This document shows, piece by piece, positions 14,992-23,249 of a DNA stretch of 32,000 nucleotides (within the stretch, counting starts at the first letter, position 1; each line of letters opens with the position of its first letter). A program made the position numbers and the translations under genes. This stretch comes from Cylindrospermopsis raciborskii Cr2010 (lineage in GTDB: Bacteria; Cyanobacteriota; Cyanobacteriia; Cyanobacteriales; Nostocaceae). The DNA is taken from the NCBI RefSeq assembly GCF_003367075.2, contig NZ_CP065936.1:540001-572000 (forward strand). The letters run 5' to 3'. Under the pieces are notes generated by a model that saw only the letters and a list, made by a program, of their open reading frames with translations, ran no database searches and was not told the DNA's origin.

Positions 14992-17900
14992 ACTGTTTGC
15001 CAAGGATATTAACCGCAGTATTAATGGTGTCATCAAGGTGGGACAGCAGGATGATACTAATATCCGTCAAGAGTTAGAAGAGTATGTAGTTACCGAAGAA
15101 CTCAAAAAGCATTTTTATACCTTTTTTGGCAGATTTGCTGAATCAATTGAAAGTCCCACGGATAAGATGGGTGTGTGGATTTCCGGATTCTTTGGTTCTG
15201 GCAAATCTCATTTTTTGAAAATACTTTCCTATCTACTAGAAAACCGTTCAGTGGGAAATAATCGGGCTTTAGATTACTTTGATTCCCAAAGAATTCCCGA
15301 TCCATCCCTGTTGGCAAATATTGCCTTATCAGCACAAACTCACTGTGATGTAATTCTCTTTAATATTGATTCTAAGGCGGATGCCAATAACAAAAATGAC
15401 AAAGAAACCATTACCAAGGTGTTCCAAAAAGTCTTTGACGACCATTTAGGGTATTTTGGCACAACACCGGAAATTGCCCGATTTGAACGTCAATTAGCGA
15501 GTCAAGGTAAGTATCAGCCCTTCAAAGAGGCTTTTTATCGCCAAACCAACCAATCCTGGGAAGAAACTCGAGAAGCTTGGGCCTTTTATCAAGATGATAT
15601 TGTTGCTGCTTTAACCGTTAGCACAGGAATGAGTGGAGAACAGGCTAATCGCCTATTAAAGTTCAATGAGAAATATACTTTAAGTCCAGAAGACTTTGCT
15701 AAAACGGTTAAAGAGTATTTACACACCAAGGGACCAAAACATCGCCTAGTTTTTATGGTAGATGAAGTAGGTCAGTATATTGGCGAAGATACCAAATTAA
15801 TGCTCAATCTGCAAACAGTAGTGGAAGATCTGGGTATCCATAGTCAGGGAAGAGCTTGGGTGGTGGTGACATCCCAAGAAGCTATGGATGAAATCACCAA
15901 AAACAAAATCAAGGGGGAAGACTTCTCTAAAATTATTGGGCGCTTTCATCGTCCTCTGAATTTATCTTCTGCTAATACTGATGAGGTAATTAAATTACGG
16001 TTATTGTCTAAAACTGACGAAGCCAAAAAACGTTTAAAAGTTTTATATACCGAAAAAATTGCCATTCTCACAAACCAAATCACATTTAAGGACTCTGCGG
16101 ATATGCCAGGGTATAAGGATGCACAGGATTTTGTGGCAGCCTATCCGTTTATTCCCTATCAGTTTTATCTGTTGCAGAAGGTATTTACCCAAATTCGGCT
16201 AATGGGTTCTGCGGGTAAACATTTAGCATCAGGAGAACGCTCCTTGCTGGATGCTTTTCAGGTTGCTTCCCAAGCAATTTCCGCACAATCCCTGGGTAAG
16301 TTAGTTCCTTTTCATACTTTTTATTTGGCCATTGAGGGTTTTTTGGATAGTGTTATTAGTCAGGTGATTACCCAGGCTACGAATAATCCCCAACTAAAGG
16401 AGTTTGATATTCAGCTCTTAAAAACCCTATTTATGATTAAATATATTAAAGAGATTAGGGCAAACTTAGAAAACTTAACGACTTTGAGTTTAACCGACAT
16501 AGATGAAGATAGACTAGGCTTGAAAAAACAAGTAGCAGAAGCCCTGGGAAGATTGGAAAAACAAACCCTAATTCAGCGTAATACAGATGAATACATATTT
16601 CTCACAAACGAAGAGCAAGATATTAGTAAAGAAATTAAAAACACAAGGGTGAACCCAGGGGAGATTTACAAAAAACTGCAAGAATGGGTGTGGGGATCAA
16701 TTTTGACCGATAGGGAATTCAAATTTGGTAAACGTAAGTATTCATTCAATCGAAAGTTAGATGAGCGTGATCATGGAAAGAAATTACAAGAACTAACTGT
16801 GCATATTATTACTCCCTATGGAGAAAACTATGCTGAATTTGAGAACAATACAAAGTGTCTAATCACAACCCAGTCAAGTCCAGAGTTATTAATTAGGCTA
16901 GGGAATGAGGATCACCTTTTGCAAGACTTAGAGACGTTTAGTCAAACCGATCAGTATTTGCGCCAAAAAGCCGGTAGTAATCTTAGTCCCAGTATTCAAA
17001 AGATTATAACAGCACGGAAAGATGAAAATACACAGCGGGAGAAAAATATCAAAGATAGCCTACAAAAACTTATTGCCAGTGCGGATGTGTTTAGTTATGG
17101 CAATAAAGTAGAAATTACTCGAACTGAATTTGCAACAGAGTTATTAAAACAAGCTCTTACCTATTTAATTAACAATGCCTACAGCAAGTTAAAATACATC
17201 GATAGTGGATTTGAAAATTCAGATCAGGTGAAAAATGCCTTAACTCGTCATATCCAAGAAAAGACCACCGATGGAGAGGTGGTTAAGGACGTTAATATAT
17301 CCGCACGAAAAGACATGGAATCTTTTTTGCATAGTCAAAATAAACATCATCCAACTACGATTAAATCTTTAATAGATAAATTTACCTGTACTCCCTATGG
17401 TTGGTCAGAGCTAGACACCCTAGGGATAATGGCAGAGTTGGCTAATGCAGGTGTAGTTGAATTGAGACACGCACAAAATAAGGTCAATCTACAAGAGGAA
17501 GGACTAATAGATAAGTTACTTTCTCGCGATGGTAAAGAAACTTATATTGTGAGATTGGCTAGTACCATTGATCCAGCTAGTTTAAAGGTGGCTAGAGACT
17601 TAGCCAGTCAATTACTTGATAAGAATATACTAGACATACCTACGGAAAGTGGCAAATTATTTCAAACCTATGAAGAACTTTTATGGCAACATGTTCAAAG
17701 GTTAAAAGAATGGTTAAAACTGACTCAAGAACAGCAATTACCATTTGGGAATTTGCTGAAAGACCACATAGCCATGCTAGAAGAGCTAAGAACGGATAAC
17801 TCTCATGAACAGGAGTTTTTTCAGCTTGTTCGTGGTCGTCGGGATGACCTGGAAGAATATATTGATGACTTACAAAAGTTAAGGTCTTTCTTCACCTCAC

Positions 17901-18532
17901 AACTGAAAATATTTCAAGAAGCTCAACAGAGTTTAAAAGAGTTGAAACCAGAATTGCGCCATATTGAGGAAGAGGAACTGCTGGAGCAGGTAAAATCAGT
18001 TGAGGAAATTCTCAATATGGATGACCCAACCAGTAAAATACAGCTGTTGCCAAATTTGCTGAAACCAGTGCAGCAAAAAATACAGGAAATCCTCCGACAA
18101 AAGATTGGAGAACTGCATCGGGAAATGGAAAACCAAGAAAAAGAAATACGCGATTATATTCAGGAGCAATACCCAGCGATTGTCAATGAAATTTCTGAGA
18201 TCACGCAGGAGATAAACAATTTTCACCCATCGGAAATCAAAACTATTGATTCAGCGATCGCCCATCGGAGCGAATTAAGCGACAAGACAAACCAGTTATG
18301 GAAGAAAATAGATGCTGAAGCTCAAAAAGTTCAAGAAAAATTGGGCAAATCATATCATACAGCAAACCACATACCAGAGCAAGTAAAACCCATCACTTTT
18401 ATTCAGTTGGGGAGGTTTACTCCCAGCAAAGTGCTAGAAAATGAAGAAGATGTGGAGGTGTATCTGGGAGTATTGCGGGAGGAATTTCTCAAACAGATTC
18501 AAACAGGTTACAGAATCCGTTTGGAGAGATGA
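14978..18532 (+). CDS. brxC: BREX ATPase BrxC/PglY
   Basis: MNIAELFAKDINRSINGVIKVGQ parallels the E. coli BrxC N-terminus. Walker A GFFGSGKSHFLK and Walker B-like MVDEVGQY are present. The protein is about 1184 aa. The track ORF opens 12 nt earlier (14966), but 14978 fits homologue N-termini better. Confidence 0.9.
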   Translation: MNIAELFAKDINRSINGVIKVGQQDDTNIRQELEEYVVTEELKKHFYTFFGRFAESIESPTDKMGVWISGFFGSGKSHFLKILSYLLENRSVGNNRALDYFDSQRIPDPSLLANIALSAQTHCDVILFNIDSKADANNKNDKETITKVFQKVFDDHLGYFGTTPEIARFERQLASQGKYQPFKEAFYRQTNQSWEETREAWAFYQDDIVAALTVSTGMSGEQANRLLKFNEKYTLSPEDFAKTVKEYLHTKGPKHRLVFMVDEVGQYIGEDTKLMLNLQTVVEDLGIHSQGRAWVVVTSQEAMDEITKNKIKGEDFSKIIGRFHRPLNLSSANTDEVIKLRLLSKTDEAKKRLKVLYTEKIAILTNQITFKDSADMPGYKDAQDFVAAYPFIPYQFYLLQKVFTQIRLMGSAGKHLASGERSLLDAFQVASQAISAQSLGKLVPFHTFYLAIEGFLDSVISQVITQATNNPQLKEFDIQLLKTLFMIKYIKEIRANLENLTTLSLTDIDEDRLGLKKQVAEALGRLEKQTLIQRNTDEYIFLTNEEQDISKEIKNTRVNPGEIYKKLQEWVWGSILTDREFKFGKRKYSFNRKLDERDHGKKLQELTVHIITPYGENYAEFENNTKCLITTQSSPELLIRLGNEDHLLQDLETFSQTDQYLRQKAGSNLSPSIQKIITARKDENTQREKNIKDSLQKLIASADVFSYGNKVEITRTEFATELLKQALTYLINNAYSKLKYIDSGFENSDQVKNALTRHIQEKTTDGEVVKDVNISARKDMESFLHSQNKHHPTTIKSLIDKFTCTPYGWSELDTLGIMAELANAGVVELRHAQNKVNLQEEGLIDKLLSRDGKETYIVRLASTIDPASLKVARDLASQLLDKNILDIPTESGKLFQTYEELLWQHVQRLKEWLKLTQEQQLPFGNLLKDHIAMLEELRTDNSHEQEFFQLVRGRRDDLEEYIDDLQKLRSFFTSQLKIFQEAQQSLKELKPELRHIEEEELLEQVKSVEEILNMDDPTSKIQLLPNLLKPVQQKIQEILRQKIGELHREMENQEKEIRDYIQEQYPAIVNEISEITQEINNFHPSEIKTIDSAIAHRSELSDKTNQLWKKIDAEAQKVQEKLGKSYHTANHIPEQVKPITFIQLGRFTPSKVLENEEDVEVYLGVLREEFLKQIQTGYRIRLER

Positions 18533-18539
18533 TGCCAAA

Positions 18540-18567
18540 ATAATGTGATAAATATAATGTGATAAAT
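18540..18567 (+). promoter_or_regulatory. Perfect 14-bp tandem duplication (ataatgtgataaat x2) creating a TATAAT hexamer at its junction (18553-18558); candidate promoter for the RNase T2 gene
   Basis: Direct reading. It lies between the brxC stop (18530-18532) and the RNase ATG (18597). I could not call a convincing -35. Confidence 0.3.
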
Positions 18568-18596
18568 TTTGTGTGTTTTCTAACGAATCTGAACTT

Positions 18597-19352
18597 ATGA
18601 CTAGACGACTTATGCAATCTGTAAGACTAGTAATAGCATGTATACTAGCTTTCCTACTTACTCATCAAGGAACTGCAATAGCAGATAATTGTCCCACCAA
18701 AGGATGCGCTCAAAAATATACTTTAGCATTATCCTGGCAACCTGGATTTTGTGAAACCCATGGGGATAAAGCAGAATGTCAGGAACAAACAGCAACCAGC
18801 TACGATGCTAGTAACTTCACCTTACATGGATTATGGCCGGATAAGTTGGAATACTGTAATGTTTCCGCTAGTAATATCAAGAACGACAAAACCGGGAACT
18901 GGAAAGATTTACCCACAGTGGAGGTAGACGGAGAAACTACTGATGAATTAGATGAAGTAATGCCGGGTTTTGGAGAGTCTAGTCTTGAACGTCATGAATG
19001 GATCAAACATGGAACCTGTGATGGGAGAAACTCGGATGATTACTATGATTTATCTGTAGACCTACTGAAGGAATTTAATGATTCTCAAGTGCGAAATTTG
19101 TTTGTTGAGCACATAGGTGAAACAATCTCCCTAGATCAGGTAAAAACAGCATTTGAAGGAACTTTTGGCAGTGGTAGTTCTTCCAGTTTGAGTCTTAAAT
19201 GCGATTCTAGGAACAATTTGGCCACCGAAATTCGTCTGAAAATCAAACGCCCTCAGGTTGGTCAAAAACTGGCGGATCTCCTACTTCCCAGTGGTGGTCA
19301 GTCTTGTAGTCAAGTTGTGGTTGATGGCTTTGGTGTTAGCAGTTTAAACTAA
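18597..19352 (+). CDS. Secreted/periplasmic RNase T2 family ribonuclease (RNase I-like)
   Basis: CAS I FTLHGLWPD and CAS II HEWIKHGTCD. The N-terminal signal peptide MTRRLMQSVRLVIACILAFLLTHQGTAIA/DN favours the ATG at 18597 over the track GTG at 18573. Confidence 0.85.
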   Translation: MTRRLMQSVRLVIACILAFLLTHQGTAIADNCPTKGCAQKYTLALSWQPGFCETHGDKAECQEQTATSYDASNFTLHGLWPDKLEYCNVSASNIKNDKTGNWKDLPTVEVDGETTDELDEVMPGFGESSLERHEWIKHGTCDGRNSDDYYDLSVDLLKEFNDSQVRNLFVEHIGETISLDQVKTAFEGTFGSGSSSSLSLKCDSRNNLATEIRLKIKRPQVGQKLADLLLPSGGQSCSQVVVDGFGVSSLN

Positions 19353-19389
19353 TAAAGATTTTTTAAAAAATTTTTTGGTTTGCTAGAGT

Positions 19390-19410
19390 CCCTGGTGTTT
19401 TCAACCAGGG
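19390..19410 (+). terminator. Hairpin ccctggt-gttttca-accaggg downstream of the RNase T2 gene (weak terminator candidate)
   Basis: 7-bp perfect stem. It is followed by A-rich rather than T-rich sequence, so intrinsic-terminator status is doubtful. Confidence 0.25.
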
Positions 19411-19430
19411 AAAAGTCAAAAATAAAACTA

Positions 19431-19552
19431 GTAAGTAGATATGCACAATTATTTGTAGGATGGGTCGAGTAACGAGACCCATGGGGGTGTTGGGTTTCAT
19501 ACTTCAACCCAACCTACGTTCATCTTATATTTAATTCCACCCACTTACTTAT
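19431..19552 (-). mobile_element. MITE, full-length copy, reverse orientation, ending 12 nt upstream of the pglX ATG
   Basis: ...gcacaattatttgtaggatgggtcgagtaacgagacccatgggggtgttgggtttcatacttcaacccaacctacgttcatcttatatttaattccacccacttacttat. Confidence 0.85.
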
Positions 19553-19564
19553 TCAACTTTTGTT

Positions 19565-22500
19565 ATGAATAGAACCACTATTAAAAACTTTGCCATTTGG
19601 GCACGGAACCATCTAAAAGAACAGGTAAGCACTCGTGCTACCCAACTTACCATTACCGAAAAAACCATTACCGAAAAGACCATTACTGACCAAAGGACCT
19701 TTGCGGGAGGTTTATTGAGTGGGGAGCAAACTCTCAATAGCGAGGAAGCTAAACAATATCAACAACTACATTCCCATATAGAATATTTATTAAAACAACA
19801 AGCATCTAAAAATTTAGACAAAAAGTTAACTAAACAAGTTGATAGTGTTCTGGATATACTGATTGAGGAAATTGCCTATACCTGGTTTAACCGATTAGTA
19901 GCACTGCGCTTTATGGAGGTTAAGGGCTATATCGGAAGGGTGTTAAGTAGTAGCGATCGCAGTTTGGTAGATCCGGACATTTTGCGAGATAGGGATTCCA
20001 TAGCAGATACGGGAGAAATAGCTGGAATTAATCGAGAAACCCTGAAAAAATGGGAGGATCTAGCAAGTAAACAGACTAATCCGGATGAATATCTATACCG
20101 TCAATTATTATTAGCCCAGTGTCAGGCCTTGTCTTCTAGTGTACCAGCTTTATTTGATACGGGATATCCAGCATTATTTTTGCCAGTTAATCTACTAGGT
20201 CAAGATTCAATCGTCGGGAGACTGGTGAAGGAAATTGCCCAGGAAGATTGGGAAGATATAGAAATAGTGGGATGGCTATATCAATTTTATATTTCTGAGC
20301 GCAAAGACCAGGTAATTGGAGCCAAATCTAAGATAGAAGCTAAGGATATACCAGCAGCAACTCAACTATTCACACCTCGTTGGATTGTGCAGTATATGGT
20401 AGAAAATAGTTTAGGCAGGTTATGGTTAGAAAACCACCCCCAATCAAATTTACGGGAAAAAATGCCCTATTATTTGGAGGGTGAGAAAATCAGGGGTGGG
20501 GAAGAACAAGAAGAACAATCAGGGGACACAGCTCCATTGTTGGGATTATTGAACCCAACACCCCCCAGTTTCAAGAAGGTAAGTCCAGGAATTCCTTTAA
20601 CACCGGAGGAGTTAACAGTAATTGATCCAGCTTGTGGGAGTGGACATATTTTGGTCTATGCTTTCGATTTGTTGGTGGAAATTTATAAGGAGCAGGGATA
20701 TTTGGAAAAGGATATTCCCGGACTCATCTTAACTCATAATTTGTATGGATTGGATATAGATGAAAGAGCTGTACAGTTAGCAAGTTTTGCAGTTTTAATG
20801 AAGGCAAGGGCTATAAATAAGCGTGTTTTTAAAAATGCTCCTACCGCTCCTACTTTGAATATTAAAACTGTGCGCTGTACACGGGGGTATAAGTTACCAA
20901 CCATACAAGGGGTTGTTGAGAAGGATTGGCAACCTCTAGTGGAGGCTTTTTCTGATGCAGATAATTTAGGGAGTTTGATTACCCCGCCATCTTTTAATGG
21001 CACGATTTTGAGAAAGCAATTGGCAGATTTAGCATTGGATAATCCTCTTTTTCAACAGGAAGTTGTTGGTTTTTTACGTCATTTAGTTGATCAGGCTGAA
21101 TTATTGAGTAATCAGTATTGGGTAGTGGTGGCAAATCCTCCTTATATGGGGAATAGGAGTTTGAATGATGTCCTCAAGACCTTTGCTAGTAAAAATTACG
21201 CCAATTCCAAGTCAGATGCTTTCTCCATGTTTATTGAACGCTTTTTGACCATGATTTTCAAAAACGGGTTCATTGGATTCATGACACCTTTTACATGGAT
21301 GTTTCTAAGCTCCTATGAAAAATTACGTAAAAATATATTAAATACCACAACAATAACAAGTTTGATAAGACCAGAATATCATGCCTTTTTTGATTCTGCT
21401 TATGTCCCAATATGTACCTTTACCTTATTAAATAGAAGTTTACCAGAACATCAAGGAATATTTATTGACCTTAATCAATTTTATGGATCAGAGATCCAAC
21501 CAGTCAAGTTGCTAGAAGCTATCAAAAATCCTAATTGCGGGTATCTTTATTATGCTAAGTCGGCTGATTTCTGCAAAATTCCAGGAAGTGCGATCGCCTA
21601 TTGGGTGAGTGATAAGATTTTAGAGATTTTTCAACAATCCAAACCCCTGAATGATATTGCTAACCCATGTGTTGGACTGCAAACTGGTAATAATGATAGA
21701 TTTCTGAGATTATGGACAGAAGTTAACATTAATAATATAGGTTTTGGATTAGATAGCAGAGAAGCGGCAAAAAAATCTGGAAAAAAATGGTTTCCCTATA
21801 ATAAAGGCGGGGAATTTAGAAAATGGTATGGCAATCAGGAATATGTTGTTAATTGGGAAAATGATGGTTTCGAGATTCGTAATTTTGGCACTGAACATGG
21901 ACTAAAAGCTAGATCCCGTCCCCAAAACACAGATAAATATTTTCAAGAAAGTATAACTTGGTCTTTTGTAAGTTCTTCATATTTTGGAGTTAGATATTCG
22001 CCCAAAGGATTTATTTTTGATGTAGGAGGATCTTCCATATTCCCGCACTCTCAAATAATCATTAACCTAGTGGGACTCCTATGCAGTAAAGTGATTTCCA
22101 GTTTCATGGAAATCATGAACCCCACCCTTAATTTTCAAGTAGGAAATGTTGCTAACCTACCTATTATTACCTCCCTACAAGATAGTGTTTTTAATCAATC
22201 CATAGAACAAGCGATTAACATTGCTAAAGAAGACTGGGATAACTTTGAAACTTCCTGGGACTTCCAAACCCACCCCTTACTGCGAGAAAACTCCCCCAAT
22301 ATATCCACATCCTTCACCAATTGGCAAAACCGCACAGAAACCGCATTTCGACAACTCCAACTGCTAGAAGAAGAAAATAACCGATACTGGATAAAATCCT
22401 ACGGACTAGAAACAGAACTCACACCAGAAGTCCCAGAAGACCAAGTCACCATCCACCGCGCAGACCCACAACGAGATATGCGCTCCCTCATTTCCTACAT

Positions 22501-23230
22501 AATTGGCTGTATCATGGGTAGATATAGACTTGACAAACCCGGAATCATTCACGCTGGAAGCAAATTCGACCCATCCCTACACCAAAAATTCCCAGCTAGT
22601 AATGATGCCATAATCCCCATCACAGATCAAACCTACTTCCCCAATGACATCCTTACTCGTTTTGAAGAATTCCTGCAAATTGCCTGGGATCCCAATAACC
22701 TGAGTGCAAACCTCAAATTCATTGCTGACACCCTCACCATCAAAAACTCAGAAAGTCCACGAGAACGGATCCGACGCTACTTCCTACAAGAATTTATCTC
22801 CGACCATATCCAAACCTATAAAAAACGCCCCATATACTGGTTATTCACTAGCGGGAAAAAACGAGCCTTTAATGCCTTAATCTATTTACACCGCTACCAG
22901 GAAGATACCCTTTCCCGTATGCGCACAGACTATGTCCTAGAATTACAAATCAAACTCCAAGGAGAAATCACTAAATATCAAAAACAACTGGAAATCAGCA
23001 CTAACAATGCAGATAAAAAAATTGCCACCAAGCGTCTCAAAGAATTACAAGACCAACAGTCAGAACTAGCAGAATATCAAGAAAAACTGCAACATTTAGC
23101 TGATGCTCGAATTAAACTAGACTTAGATGATGGTGTAGCATATAACTACTGTCAATTCAAAGGACTAGTCTATGAGGGCACTGACCTTAAAATTGCTGAC
23201 TTAGAAAAAGCATCACAATGGAAAAATTGA
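19565..23230 (+). CDS. pglX: BREX N6-adenine DNA methyltransferase PglX
   Basis: 1221 aa. SAM-binding VIDPACGSGHILVY, catalytic VVVANPPYMG, and N-terminus MNRTTIKNFAIWARNHLKEQV are typical of PglX. It is followed by pglZ. Confidence 0.9.
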   Translation: MNRTTIKNFAIWARNHLKEQVSTRATQLTITEKTITEKTITDQRTFAGGLLSGEQTLNSEEAKQYQQLHSHIEYLLKQQASKNLDKKLTKQVDSVLDILIEEIAYTWFNRLVALRFMEVKGYIGRVLSSSDRSLVDPDILRDRDSIADTGEIAGINRETLKKWEDLASKQTNPDEYLYRQLLLAQCQALSSSVPALFDTGYPALFLPVNLLGQDSIVGRLVKEIAQEDWEDIEIVGWLYQFYISERKDQVIGAKSKIEAKDIPAATQLFTPRWIVQYMVENSLGRLWLENHPQSNLREKMPYYLEGEKIRGGEEQEEQSGDTAPLLGLLNPTPPSFKKVSPGIPLTPEELTVIDPACGSGHILVYAFDLLVEIYKEQGYLEKDIPGLILTHNLYGLDIDERAVQLASFAVLMKARAINKRVFKNAPTAPTLNIKTVRCTRGYKLPTIQGVVEKDWQPLVEAFSDADNLGSLITPPSFNGTILRKQLADLALDNPLFQQEVVGFLRHLVDQAELLSNQYWVVVANPPYMGNRSLNDVLKTFASKNYANSKSDAFSMFIERFLTMIFKNGFIGFMTPFTWMFLSSYEKLRKNILNTTTITSLIRPEYHAFFDSAYVPICTFTLLNRSLPEHQGIFIDLNQFYGSEIQPVKLLEAIKNPNCGYLYYAKSADFCKIPGSAIAYWVSDKILEIFQQSKPLNDIANPCVGLQTGNNDRFLRLWTEVNINNIGFGLDSREAAKKSGKKWFPYNKGGEFRKWYGNQEYVVNWENDGFEIRNFGTEHGLKARSRPQNTDKYFQESITWSFVSSSYFGVRYSPKGFIFDVGGSSIFPHSQIIINLVGLLCSKVISSFMEIMNPTLNFQVGNVANLPIITSLQDSVFNQSIEQAINIAKEDWDNFETSWDFQTHPLLRENSPNISTSFTNWQNRTETAFRQLQLLEEENNRYWIKSYGLETELTPEVPEDQVTIHRADPQRDMRSLISYIIGCIMGRYRLDKPGIIHAGSKFDPSLHQKFPASNDAIIPITDQTYFPNDILTRFEEFLQIAWDPNNLSANLKFIADTLTIKNSESPRERIRRYFLQEFISDHIQTYKKRPIYWLFTSGKKRAFNALIYLHRYQEDTLSRMRTDYVLELQIKLQGEITKYQKQLEISTNNADKKIATKRLKELQDQQSELAEYQEKLQHLADARIKLDLDDGVAYNYCQFKGLVYEGTDLKIADLEKASQWKN
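19649..19690 (+). repeat. 15-bp in-frame tandem repeat, about 2.8 copies (TITEK TITEK TITD) near the pglX 5' end
   Basis: accattaccgaaaaa / accattaccgaaaag / accattactgac. Confidence 0.85.
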
Positions 23231-23249
23231 GAGAGACGAAAATGAACAC

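Noticed and set aside
19549-19737. Minus-strand 62-aa ORF (..VMVFSVMVFSVMV..)
   Set aside because: It is the antisense shadow of the pglX TITEK repeat and starts inside pglX.
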